DNA of 64,000 nucleotides from Candidatus Tectimicrobiota bacterium (GCA_016192455.1 JACPUC010000003.1:1-64000); one strand, 5' to 3'. Shown: positions 9,533-19,945, counted from the first letter of the stretch. Numbers and translations are program-made. Notes: a model not told the origin generated them from the letters alone.

Positions 9533-11022
9533 CGCGCAGCACCGGGTGTCGGTGCGATGCGCACACTTCTCAGAAAGGTGCGCTGGTCCTCTTCTGGTCC
9601 CAGCGCACCAACCCTCTTATTCCTCACCAGGATAAACGGGGAATCATACAGAAAAAGGCAGCAGAGATTGTCGTGGAGCATCTTTTCTAATCTCTGTAGG
9701 AGAACCTTCTGGGTATGAATATCTTGTTCGAGGCTGACCCGCTCCAGCACTTCATCAAAAAGATTATCTTTACGTGACCACCTGAAGATACCATCCTTTG
9801 AGAAGAAGCTGGAAAAAAGGCCAAACGAATCAAATTGGGGGAAAATCGAGGCAATCAATATGTCCCAATCTTGTTGCTGAAGCGCCTCCTTGCTGTATCG
9901 CATGACGTTGATCAGGGGGAAAAAGGCTGACGGATGGAGAGCACTGAAGCTCATGGAAATGCCGAAGGGCTTCAATTGAGCGCGAATAATAAGAGCTAGC
10001 TTTCCCAGGAAATCTGGAACAAGGAGCTTGATGTGAACCTCCGTTCGCTCCTTTTCCATAAAATTTCTCAAGATTCGAGCTCCTTCCGTTGGGTCAAACG
10101 TATAAGGTTCGAGGTCGGGGTTAGAACCAAACATTGAGGGAGGAAGCAGTCCGGCGATAACCCGCCCATTGCCTCCAAGGAAATGATCAATGATTTCGTC
10201 TCTGTTAATTAATAAGTTTAGAGCACGGCGTAAGGGCTTCTGCAGCCAGAGAGAGTTATGTTTCCGTTGGTTAAATACAGCGATCGTCAAGGGCCCAGGG
10301 AGCTTTGAGATTTCGATGTTCGGGTGTGCCACATCGATGTCGGTGAGTGAGTAGCGTGCAACGGTCAAATCAAGTTGACCGTTTTTTACGGCCTCTATTG
10401 CCCATTGGGGATTCGCAGGAGCCGGCACGAGAATGATGCTTGAGATCTTCGGGAAGCGCTTGTCCCAATAGTAGGGGTTGGCCTTGAGCACGATCTTTGC
10501 TGAGGTATGAAAGGTTGTCGAGTGTCCGGAATGAAGAATAAAGGGGCCGGTGCCATAGGGTCCCGGCTCCTTGAGAATGGCGATGGGGGGCTCGGCGTAC
10601 TTGTGTAGGTAGCTGCTTGAGGCAAGAGGAAAAAGGGACAGGCTCAACATAGGAAGCCCTGGCTTATGTGGATAGATAAACCTAATGGTGAAGGGGGAGA
10701 TGACCTCCATCTTCGTGTTGTTAGGGAAAGCCCTGGTCCTTCCTCGTGCTGGTTGGTAGGATTTGTAAACCTCAAAATTCTGTCGCACGACCTCGGCATC
10801 AAATGGCGTACCATCGTGAAAGCGCACACCCCTTCGCAGGTGGAGTTCAAGCGTTCGGACATTGCTCCAGCGCCAGTCCGTCGCCAGGACTCCCTTCGGT
10901 TCGCCATTCAGAACTTCTATCAGTGGCTCGAAGACCAAATCGTGGACATGTGTAAATGGCCGAATATGCCACCCAAAGGTAAGCTGAAAATCTGAGGACG
11001 AAACTACTACCTTTGGATACAT
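9529..11022 (-). CDS. Family 5 (OppA/DppA/NikA-like) solute-binding protein (start uncertain, may extend upstream)
   Basis: LATDWRW, LRRGVRFHDGTPFDAEVV, PYGTGPF, LRRALNLLINRDEII. Confidence 0.85.
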   Translation of the reverse strand: MYPKVVVSSSDFQLTFGWHIRPFTHVHDLVFEPLIEVLNGEPKGVLATDWRWSNVRTLELHLRRGVRFHDGTPFDAEVVRQNFEVYKSYQPARGRTRAFPNNTKMEVISPFTIRFIYPHKPGLPMLSLSLFPLASSSYLHKYAEPPIAILKEPGPYGTGPFILHSGHSTTFHTSAKIVLKANPYYWDKRFPKISSIILVPAPANPQWAIEAVKNGQLDLTVARYSLTDIDVAHPNIEISKLPGPLTIAVFNQRKHNSLWLQKPLRRALNLLINRDEIIDHFLGGNGRVIAGLLPPSMFGSNPDLEPYTFDPTEGARILRNFMEKERTEVHIKLLVPDFLGKLALIIRAQLKPFGISMSFSALHPSAFFPLINVMRYSKEALQQQDWDILIASIFPQFDSFGLFSSFFSKDGIFRWSRKDNLFDEVLERVSLEQDIHTQKVLLQRLEKMLHDNLCCLFLYDSPFILVRNKRVGALGPEEDQRTFLRSVRIAPTPGAAR

Positions 11023-11038
11023 AGTGATGAGGCAAAAA

Positions 11039-11959
11039 ATGAAGAGACATGCAAGACCCCTCCCCCAGCTACCGGCCGTCGGTGTCGGCCTCGGATATCG
11101 CCCTGCGCTACACAGAGAGATAGTATCACATTTGCGCGAAATCACCTGTCTTGAAATCATTATCGACCATTTCCTTGATATGACCCCAGAAAAAGAGGCA
11201 CAGTTTCATGACCTCGCCAGTAATGTCTGTCTCCTCTCCCATGGCATTGGTATGTCCTTGGGAACGGCACTTCCGGTAGAAAGTGCGTATGTCAATAAAG
11301 TTAAGCGAACGCTAGACATCGCGCGCTCCCCCTGGTTCAGTGAACATGCAGCGTTTACGAAAGTACCAGGAATTGACCTTGGGCAGTTGATGCCACTGCC
11401 CTTCACTGAGGAAGCCGTTGATGCGATCACGCAAAATATAGGAAAACTGAAAAACAAAATCAAGCAGCCACTTCTCTTGGAAAACATAGCCTACTATCTC
11501 GCACACCCCGCTGGGGAAATGACGGAAGCGGAGTTCCTCACGCGCATATTGCACAAAGCTAATGTCTACTTGCTCTTGGACATCAATAATGCCTATACCA
11601 ACTCGGTCAATCACAACTACGACCCATATGAGTTTATTCTCTCGCTGCCTCTCGACAGAGTTGTCCAAATTCACCTCGCTGGAGGTGAATGGAAGGGACA
11701 ATACCTTATCGACTCTCATCGGAGGTCGATCTCACGTGAGGTTTGGAGGCTCTTCGATTTTGTCGTCCCGCGTTGTGCGGTGAAGGGCGTTATTGTAGAA
11801 CGCGATGGTCATTACCCGCCATTTTCAGAACTTCTCGAAGAGGTGCGCACGGCGAGGTCCACATTGAGAAAATACGGAATCTTCGTTCGCAGTCTTCGGA
11901 GGAGGGTAACAAGTGTTCCTGGCAGAACAACAAATGCTGCTCGCCCGAGTTCTTACTGA
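11039..11959 (+). CDS. DUF692 / MNIO multinuclear non-heme iron oxidative enzyme (MbnB/TglH/ChrH family)
   Basis: GVGLGYR, SHGIGMSLG, FSEH, LLLENI, LLLDINNAYTNSVNH, QIHLAGG, IDSH, VERD. Confidence 0.92.
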   Translation: MKRHARPLPQLPAVGVGLGYRPALHREIVSHLREITCLEIIIDHFLDMTPEKEAQFHDLASNVCLLSHGIGMSLGTALPVESAYVNKVKRTLDIARSPWFSEHAAFTKVPGIDLGQLMPLPFTEEAVDAITQNIGKLKNKIKQPLLLENIAYYLAHPAGEMTEAEFLTRILHKANVYLLLDINNAYTNSVNHNYDPYEFILSLPLDRVVQIHLAGGEWKGQYLIDSHRRSISREVWRLFDFVVPRCAVKGVIVERDGHYPPFSELLEEVRTARSTLRKYGIFVRSLRRRVTSVPGRTTNAARPSSY

Positions 11960-12761
11960 TGAAGTTGTGCGGCAGGCGATTGCTGGCAGTAATGATGTGG
12001 AGGGATCACTCCGTGAGTTTCCTGACGAGGCTCGTGCCTACCTGCGCGCGCTCGATAGCAGCCGTTTAACCCTCTGTGCCGACCTCATCAAGCAAAAGCG
12101 CGAAGCGAAGATTCGTCAGATGCTTCCTTTAACTATTGGTTTGCTGGGCACGGACGCGGAAGGATTGTTTGCCTCTTTTTTTCCTATGACTCCACCAACG
12201 ACAATCAGTTTTCTTGAGGAAGCGATTGCGTTTTACCATTTTACTTGCTCTCCAAAGTTCGAGACCAGGAATGGCATCCAACTGGTAAGGGAGGTAGGCC
12301 GCTGGGAATTGTTGTGCCATGAAATTTCCCAGGAAACAAAAACCAAGATCTGTCTCTTGTCGTGCTGCACGCAGCATGCGCAACCCCGTGGCCGGATTGA
12401 TGCGAGCACGATTCTACAGAATTGCGCACATGCCAGATGGGAATCGTTTACCTATGAGATACACACTATTGCCAAAAATTACAATGCGAACAATTGCGTG
12501 AAAGCGCCGCGGAAGGATCCTCAGACTTATCTCTTTTACAAGATATCAGGAGTGGAGCAAATACACATTAGCAAAATCAATGAGGTAACAAGGTTATTCC
12601 TCGACTGCTGTGTCGGCGGAAGTCACTTTCGCAAGATAGAGATGGTTTTGCAGGATCGACTAGGAATGAATACCACAGAGAAGAGGAAGGCATTTCGATT
12701 AGCGTTGCATGAGCTTGCCGAACGCCTCTATATGAAGCGCATCATAAGCAGAGTAAACTGA
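11913..12761 (+). CDS. MNIO partner protein (DUF2063/ChrI-like)
   Basis: Overlaps the DUF692 3' end with GGAGG RBS; N-terminus LAEQQMLLARVL...LPLTIGLLG...EAIAFY fits partner proteins. Confidence 0.65.
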   Translation: MFLAEQQMLLARVLTDEVVRQAIAGSNDVEGSLREFPDEARAYLRALDSSRLTLCADLIKQKREAKIRQMLPLTIGLLGTDAEGLFASFFPMTPPTTISFLEEAIAFYHFTCSPKFETRNGIQLVREVGRWELLCHEISQETKTKICLLSCCTQHAQPRGRIDASTILQNCAHARWESFTYEIHTIAKNYNANNCVKAPRKDPQTYLFYKISGVEQIHISKINEVTRLFLDCCVGGSHFRKIEMVLQDRLGMNTTEKRKAFRLALHELAERLYMKRIISRVN

Positions 12762-12763
12762 CA

Positions 12764-14644
12764 ATGTTTCCTCAGGAAATCTCTAACATAGGACGTATTA
12801 ATTTTGCCGGAGCAACGGCGCATCGGGTAACTAATTGGCCGTTTCGACGGATTTTCTCATATTTTTCGAGGTTTAAGAGAGAACTTGTCTTCATCCTTTT
12901 AAGCATTGTACTTGCAGCGGTTGCGCGCACGCTAGTTCCGTTAATTCTGCGCAACATTATTGACCATCAGATAGTTGCGTATGAACCATATCGACTCGCG
13001 CTAACTGTATTATTACTCATCAGTCTCACCCTTGGTGCGGCGCTCGTTGGAATTGTCGAGAATCATGTCAACACATCCGTAACACAGCATGTCATCTTGA
13101 ATTTAAGACAGGAATTATATGAGAGATTGCAGGAGAGCTCTTTGCAAAAGCTTACCAATACCGCAACGGGAGATCTGCTGTCGCGCTGTACGAACGACCT
13201 GACAGGGGTGCAGGAAGTATTGGCGCGTTCATTTGCCCTCAGTACGGCGAATCTCGTGACCGTCCTTGCGACATGCGTCGTTATGTTTTACCTTGACGCG
13301 TGACTTGCGACTTTTACGCTTGCGATTCTCCCCCTCTTTGTCCTCCCGGTTCGGCGCATTGGAAAATTACGTCAAACCGTGAAACATGCTGTGCAAGAAA
13401 GATTAAGCCTTTTGACTTCGCTCTTGGACGAAGCTACTCGGGTTCAAACCGTAATCCTAACTCGGTCATTTAATTTGACAAAACAGCGCACGAAGCACTA
13501 TCGAGAAATAACAGATGAGGTAAGAAAGCTTGAATGTCGGAACCATTTCATTGGAAGATGTTTTCTTCTCCTTCTATCAACAGCCTCGCCAGTTGGGGTT
13601 GCGCTACTGTTTTGGTACGGCATCCCAAAAGTAGCACATGGTGATCTCACCCTAGGCACGTTGATAGCTTTCAGTGCTTACCTGGGAAGGATTTATGCTC
13701 CGGTGAGCCAATTACTTAACGTCCAGATCGATTTTCTTGCCTCCATTGCGTTGTTCCAAAGAATATTTGAAGTCTTTGATCATTATGGCAAACCGAATCG
13801 CCGGGTAAGGGAGAAGAGAATTGTCGAATTTACGAAGGGATCAATAGCGGTAAGAAATCTCTCATTTACGTACGATGCCCAATGTTGGGGCATCAAAGAC
13901 GCTTGTTTTGACATCAACCAGGGGGAGATTGTAGCTCTTGTTGGTCCGTCTGGAGCGGGAAAGACTACCTTGGCATACCTCCTTGCGGCCCTGTATGAGC
14001 CGACCCTCGGCAGTATTTCTATAGATGGCTATAATGTTTTGGATCTTGATGAAAAAAGTCTGCGCCGGTGCGTCGCACTTGTGACAGAAGATAATTGCTT
14101 GCTGGATGCGACGATAAGAGATAATCTTCTACTTGGCAATGAATTGGCCCGCGAGGATGAAATTCTGAAGGCTTGCAAAGCGGTGGGCATACATGATTAT
14201 ATCACCTCACTTTCTAAGGGATACGAGAGTTGGTTACACCAGGGTGGTGCCCAGTTGTCCGCAGGACAGAAAAGGAGGGTGATGCTCGCGAGGGCAATGA
14301 TTAAGAATCCGCTCATTCTTATTCTTGATGAAGTTACTTCTTCCCTTGACCCGATGGCTCAGGATTCCATCAACAATGTTATCAAAGCATTGTTTGCTCA
14401 GCGAAGCGGTCTTATTATAGGTCATCATCTCCCAACAATATTGCTCGCAGATAGAATTCTCGTCATCGAGAACGGAAGAATTGTTCAGCAAGGCGTCCAC
14501 GAAAAACTTGTAAGAGAGGGCGGCCTCTATGCGCGTTTATTTTCCTCATATCCATATAATGGCAGGGATAATAGTATGGAAATTGTGCTCCAGAATTCCA
14601 GGGTAAATACTGCAGATCATAAAGAATACATTCAGGAAAGATAA
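12764..14644 (+). pseudogene. ABC exporter (TMD+NBD) interrupted by one in-frame TGA at 13301-13303
   Basis: ORFs 12764-13303 and 13379-14644 are in the same frame; reads YLDA*LATFTLAILPLF; GPSGAGKT, LSAGQ, ILDE motifs. Confidence 0.85.
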
Positions 14645-14817
14645 CCGAGAGTTGAAGCTTCAAGCATTGCAATACATTCTTTTTATACCTGGTATGAGTG
14701 TTCACGCTGTCTGAGACATACTGACTTGGAAAGTATCGTATTTAATCTGCCCTAGACAGCCTTCACAAAAGAGTGGGGGAAGCGTGGACTTTGAGCTGCT
14801 CAGGATGGAGTATTATT

Positions 14818-16068
14818 ATGAGTATCACAAAACGTCCTTACGAAATTTCAGCAGCAGTGCAGTCTGTCTGCGACCGACTAAATAGACTTTATGACGAGGG
14901 TGCGAAATTATATTTTAATACTATTCGCAGAAAACTTGTGCCTAAACCATCACTACACATTTCCGTCACCAATAGGTGTAATCTGTCTTGCACTTACTGT
15001 TACGACAAGATGAGCCAACCTCCTTTTGTCAAGCGCCGCGATATGAGTACGGATGTTGCGACGAGAATATTCAAACAATATCCTGACCCATCTTATGTAT
15101 TTGTACTGGGAGGAGAACCCTTTTTAAATCCTCACGCTGTTGAAGTTCTGCTCGATCATTGTCCCAACAGAATGGTAATCTCTTCGAACGGGCAAGTGCT
15201 CAATGGCCATGTGGAGAGAATTCTCAAGAAGATTATGCGTCGGAACGAAGAAGGACGTGGGACATTACTCCAGATTTCCTGTGAGCTCGGAGGGGTGAGC
15301 TGCGAGCGAAATACAAGAAATGCTGAAGAAATTCTGCGCTACTTTTCTCATGTATGTGGTAGATTCATGAAAGTAAAATATACCCTGACAGCCCCAGACC
15401 TTATCCATATAGATGCAATAGCCCGTTGGTACTGGGACCGAAATATCCTTGTGCAATTTGACTACGTTGATGGCGGCTACGAGAAGGGAGAAGCAATTGA
15501 TCTCTCTGAGACCAACTGGAAAAGGGTGTTTGCGTTTATTCTTAGCGTGCTGCACGAGAGCTTCGAGGAGTGGGCGCAAGGTAACTCCGATGAATGGTTA
15601 ATTCTTCGCGCCAAAACTCTGGTGCACTATGTTTTTCCGCTGACGGTCATGCAGATCAAACATAAGCATCCGCTCTGGTCAATGTGCGGCGTGTTTGGTA
15701 ATTCTGTCTACATTGGCCCTGGGGGTGAGCTCTTCCCATGCCATCGTTGGAAAGCTAGTGTGGAATCCTACGGTTCTTTAGGAGAGCCATGTGAGAGTCG
15801 CATGTTAGCGTTTCATACCGAATCCTGGCCTTCTCTTCAACGTTACTGTGAAGAGTGTGTGTGGCGGGGAAGTTGTGGCGGTGTGTGTCCAGCGGTAACT
15901 TGCACATATGGCGGATTGAGCCTTATTGGACGGTGTAAATTTATGGGAGCGTTACGGGATGCGGTGTGGTCATTTCTATTGGATAAGACAATTGTGTGTC
16001 ATCCACAAATTGATCAATATCTAGACCTCATAAGAGAACTTTCGCCCTTCTACAAGGCTTTAATATAG
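14818..16068 (+). CDS. Radical SAM/SPASM peptide maturase
   Basis: CNLSCTYC, GGEPF; SPASM CG...GELFPCH...CEECVWRGSCGGVC. Confidence 0.9.
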   Translation: MSITKRPYEISAAVQSVCDRLNRLYDEGAKLYFNTIRRKLVPKPSLHISVTNRCNLSCTYCYDKMSQPPFVKRRDMSTDVATRIFKQYPDPSYVFVLGGEPFLNPHAVEVLLDHCPNRMVISSNGQVLNGHVERILKKIMRRNEEGRGTLLQISCELGGVSCERNTRNAEEILRYFSHVCGRFMKVKYTLTAPDLIHIDAIARWYWDRNILVQFDYVDGGYEKGEAIDLSETNWKRVFAFILSVLHESFEEWAQGNSDEWLILRAKTLVHYVFPLTVMQIKHKHPLWSMCGVFGNSVYIGPGGELFPCHRWKASVESYGSLGEPCESRMLAFHTESWPSLQRYCEECVWRGSCGGVCPAVTCTYGGLSLIGRCKFMGALRDAVWSFLLDKTIVCHPQIDQYLDLIRELSPFYKALI

Positions 16069-16210
16069 CCAGACGAAGGCAGTCTTTTCTATGTCATGTG
16101 TAACGATGTTGTATGAGAATAATACTTTTTCGCCAGCACTTCTTTCAACCCCATTCGTTCATAGTCCTGGTATTTAAAATGTTCACCGCCGTGGGTGCGG
16201 CGCGACAGGT

Positions 16211-16510
16211 TCAGTAGCTCAAGGTGCGGTCGAGGGTGCGGTACATGATGGCTTCGCCGAGGTGGGTTGCCGTGAGGCGCTCCTCGCCCGCCAGGTCGGC
16301 GATGGTGCGGGAGACCTTGAGGATGCGGTCGTGGGCGCGCGCCGACAGGCCGAGCTGGTTGATCGCCGCGTCGAGGAGGCGCTGCGACGGCTCGTCGAGC
16401 TGGCAGTGGCGCCGCAGGTGTTTCGAGGTCATGTGGGCGTTGCAGTAGAGGGAGTCCTTGGCGAAGCGGGCAAGCTGCCGCTGCCGCGCCGCCTCGACGC
16501 GTTCCCGCAC
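16211..16510 (-). repeat. 300-bp duplicated comM 3' end, copy 2
   Basis: Matches 452-751; joined out of frame to the comM 5' half. Confidence 0.9.
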
Positions 16511-16530
16511 GTGAGGTAGCCGCAGGGGCA
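16511..16530. repeat. att-like direct repeat, right copy
   Basis: Exact match to 912-931. Confidence 0.85.
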
Positions 16531-17583
16531 GGGGTTCATCGCGGCGGTGAGCATGAAGCGCGCCGGGAAGGTGAGGGAGAGCTTCGAGCGGCTGATGGTG
16601 ACCTTGCCATCCTCGAGGGGCTGGCGCAGCACTTCGAGGACGTGGCGGCGGAACTCCGGCAGCTCGTCGAGAAAAAGGACGCCGTTGTGCGCCATGCTCA
16701 CCTCGCCGGGCCGCGGCAGGCTGCCGCCGCCGACCAGGCCGGCATCGCTGATGCTGTGGTGCGGGTTGCGGAAGGGGCGGGCGCCGACCGGCGCCTGCCC
16801 CTGGCCGAGCAGCCCCATGACGCTGTGGACTTTCGTCGTCTCGATGGCCTCCTCGAACGACATGCTCGGCAAGATCGTCGCCAGGCGCCGCGCCAGCATC
16901 GACTTGCCGGCACCGGGCGGGCCGAGCATGAGCATGTTGTGTCCACCCGCCGCCGCCACCTCGAGGGCGCGCTTGACGTGCTGCTGCCCCTTCACCTCGG
17001 CGAGATCGACGCTCTCCTCGGCGGCCTGCCGCAGCACCTCGTCGCGGTCCACCCGGTAGGGGATGATGGTCGCCGCCTGGTTCAGGAAATCCACCGCGTG
17101 GGGGAGGTTCTTCACCGCGTAGACCGGCATCTCCTCGACGACGGCTGCTTCCGCCGCGTTCTCCGCCGGCACGAGGAGTCCCCGGTACCCATGCGCGCGC
17201 GCGTAGACCGCCACCGGCAGGGCGCCCTGGATGGGTTTCACCAGGCCGTCGAGGGAGAGCTCGCCCAGGATGAGGTAATCGCGCAGGCCGTCGCTCTCCA
17301 CCACCCCCAGGGCGGCGAGAAGGCCGACGGCGATGGGCAGGTCGAACGCCGAGCCGCGCTTCTCGACATCGGCCGGGGCGAGGTTGAGGGTGATGTTCTT
17401 GGGCGGGAATTCGAAGCCGCAGTTGCGCACCGCGGCGCGCACGCGTTCCTTGCTCTCTTTGACGGCGGCGTCCGGCAGGCCGACGATGTTGAAGGCCGGC
17501 AGGCCGCGCGCAATGTCCACCTCCACCTCGACGCGGAAGGCCTCGATGCCCACCACCGTGCAGCTATGAACCTTGGCGAGCAT
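16511..17583 (-). pseudogene. comM: 5' half of comM/YifB
   Basis: MLAKVHS...[11 protein letters not shown]...[11 protein letters not shown]...[13 protein letters not shown]...[10 protein letters not shown], then goes out of frame. Confidence 0.92.
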
Positions 17584-17755
17584 GGCGGCTGGACACCCCC
17601 CGCAGGCGCGGCAGCGCGGCAAGGCGAAGACCTCGCGCGCGCACCAAATCATGGCGGCGCGTCATGCAGCGGTTGCAGCATACTCTGTGCCAGCGGGAGC
17701 GTCCAGGGGATTGCAAAGGGGCCCCCATGGGGCCCCGAGGTGGGCGCCGCGTGCC

Positions 17756-17953
17756 CTACGCCGTCGCCTGTGCCGCCACGCGGTTCAGCTCCTCGATGAG
17801 CTGGTCGATGGTCGTGACGCCGCAGGCCCTGGCGGTCTGCTCGATCGAGTGGCTGCCGCCGCAGCAGAAATCGACCCCGAAATTGCCGAAGACGTTGACG
17901 GTTTCCGGGTACTGCTCGGTGACGTCGCGAATGATCATCTCTTTGGTAATCAT
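17756..17953 (-). CDS. Stand-alone ScdA_N/DUF542-like domain protein
   Basis: YPETVNVFGNFGVDFCCGG motif of the RIC/ScdA N-terminus. Confidence 0.8.
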   Translation of the reverse strand: MITKEMIIRDVTEQYPETVNVFGNFGVDFCCGGSHSIEQTARACGVTTIDQLIEELNRVAAQATA

Positions 17954-19875
17954 GGGTGAACCTCCTCTGTCTCGGTGATGACTTCCCTGATCCGCGCGAT
18001 GAGGGTTTCAAGCTTCAGGCCGTGCATCTGCGAGGCCATGCCGAGGGTGACCATCGGCGGCACGGCGGGAAGCTGGCGGAGATGCTCGAACCCGAGGTCG
18101 ACGAGCGCCTCCTTGATCACAGGCCAGCGCTCGACGAGCGGGGCGATGCGCGTCTCGGCGTTCAACTCGACCGCCGCACCCTTGCCGCTTGCCGAGGTGG
18201 GGGCGGCCGGCGCGGCTGGCACCGGGGTGGCGGGCGGGCGGGTCGCCGTTACACTGGCAAGGGGGACAAACCGCGGCCCTGCCTGGGCCGGCGGCTGCGG
18301 CGCGGATGCGGTCGGGTAGCTGGGCAGCGTGGCCTGGCGAATCGACGGCGACTGCGCCGCGCTGACCCGCTGCCGCATCGTCTGCCAGAGATTGACGGCG
18401 AAGCAGACGATCGCCGCAAGCTGCAGGTAGCCGGAGAGACCGACCGCTGCCCAGACGGCCGCGGCGGCGCTGCCGGCGTAGGGAACCACTGACTCCCCCC
18501 CAACCCGCAGTACGTTCCCGGCCAACAGCAGCCAGAAGGAGGCGCGCAGCAAGGCGGGGTTGTAGAGGGTGACGCCCTGGAAGACGGGAAGCACGCGGTA
18601 GCCGACGCCGAGCATGAGGCTGGTGACGAAGCCCACGGCGAGAGCGTGGCGCCCGGCGCCCAGGACCTCGAGCGGCAAGGGCCGGCCCGCAAGGCTGGAG
18701 GCCGCCGCGACCACCAGGAGGATGGCCAGCCCCACAAGGAGCCAGCCGTAGCCCGTGATGATGAACCAGGCGAAGGCCGGATCGACGCCGCGGATGGCGA
18801 CGCGCATGCGGGGCGGCTCGAAGATGCGCAGCCCCGCCGCCACGAAGGCGGCGCCGACGAGCATGAGGAGCGCGGCGGCGAAGGAGGGACCCGCCGGCAG
18901 CAGACTCAGCGCCACGCCGGCGTTGAAGCAGAGGAAGCCGGTGGTGCTGAAGCGCGGCAGCGATGGCTTGAGCCCCAGGAAGTTCGGCAGGATGCGCTGC
19001 GATACGCCGAAGATGAGGTTGCCGGCGAAGCCGAGGAGCGCCAAGACGATCAGCCCGTCGTTGAGGCGCCCGAACATGAGGCCGAAGCCGCCCCGCGCCA
19101 TCACCCAGGCGGTCCAGAGGTTCCAGACGCCAAGCAGCAGGAAGGAGCCGAGGGCGGCGGCGAGGAATTTCTCGTAGCCCTCGTTGGGCGCCTGTCCCTT
19201 GGCAAGCACCCACACGGCGCTCGCCGCGAAGATGACGACGGCCGCCAGCTCGAGGAGGGCGGAGGTCACCATCACCCCGGCGGCGTAGCCTTCACTGACC
19301 CACGGCTGGGACGACACCCGCAAGAGGACGCCGGCCAGCATCAGCCCCAGCGAGGTGAGCGCCAACGGCGCTGGCGCGGCGGGAGCGTTGCGGAACTTCG
19401 GCAGCACGTAGTAAGCGATCCCCATGATGAAGAGGGCCACCCAGCCGAAAATCTGCGCGTGCCCGTGCGCCTGCGACCAGCTCAGCGGCGCGCCGCCGAG
19501 GGAGCGCGAGAAGGCGATGCGGCTGAGGTTGTAGACGCCCCAGGCGCCGCCCAGGGTGAGGGTGATGCCCAAGGCGCTCCAGACGAAGGGGCGGAAGATC
19601 GCCGCGGGGGTTGGCGGCGTGGCGGCGGCTGGTTGGCTTGCCGGAGGCGCCACGGGCGCCGCGGCGGCGCGCTCCAGGTCGCGCAGCAGGTCAGGCAGAT
19701 TGATATGATGCGCCGCGGCAAAGAAGCTCAGCGGCTCCGGCGGACCGTACGGCCCGCCGCACCCCGCCATGCCGTGGCGCTCGAAGACGGCCTGGCAGGC
19801 CGGGTAGGTCATGTTCACCTGCTGCACCGTCATCTCGGCGTCGATGTGGATCGTTGCGGCTCGGTTGTCTGACAT
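17950..19875 (-). CDS. NnrS-like multi-pass membrane protein with terminal DUF1858/ScdA-like domains
   Basis: AHGHAQIFGW, RHALAVGF, about 12 hydrophobic segments; soluble N- and C-terminal domains. Confidence 0.75.
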   Translation of the reverse strand: MSDNRAATIHIDAEMTVQQVNMTYPACQAVFERHGMAGCGGPYGPPEPLSFFAAAHHINLPDLLRDLERAAAAPVAPPASQPAAATPPTPAAIFRPFVWSALGITLTLGGAWGVYNLSRIAFSRSLGGAPLSWSQAHGHAQIFGWVALFIMGIAYYVLPKFRNAPAAPAPLALTSLGLMLAGVLLRVSSQPWVSEGYAAGVMVTSALLELAAVVIFAASAVWVLAKGQAPNEGYEKFLAAALGSFLLLGVWNLWTAWVMARGGFGLMFGRLNDGLIVLALLGFAGNLIFGVSQRILPNFLGLKPSLPRFSTTGFLCFNAGVALSLLPAGPSFAAALLMLVGAAFVAAGLRIFEPPRMRVAIRGVDPAFAWFIITGYGWLLVGLAILLVVAAASSLAGRPLPLEVLGAGRHALAVGFVTSLMLGVGYRVLPVFQGVTLYNPALLRASFWLLLAGNVLRVGGESVVPYAGSAAAAVWAAVGLSGYLQLAAIVCFAVNLWQTMRQRVSAAQSPSIRQATLPSYPTASAPQPPAQAGPRFVPLASVTATRPPATPVPAAPAAPTSASGKGAAVELNAETRIAPLVERWPVIKEALVDLGFEHLRQLPAVPPMVTLGMASQMHGLKLETLIARIREVITETEEVHP

Positions 19876-19945
19876 CGGAAATCCCTCCAGGGACCATGGG
19901 ACTAGCGTCGTACCGTAACGATAGGGTAGCTAGACGCCGGCAGCA

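Larger units (their letters stand above)
932..16510. mobile_element. Genomic island inserted in comM
   Basis: Bounded by the 20-bp direct repeat; abrupt GC drop relative to the backbone; contains HTH, IS remnant and accessory genes; no integrase seen. Confidence 0.75.

Noticed and set aside
13301-13303. TGA as selenocysteine or an alternative genetic code
   Set aside because: The position is a membrane-helix boundary where Trp, not Cys, is expected, and TGA ends neighbouring genes normally (7279, 11959, 12761).
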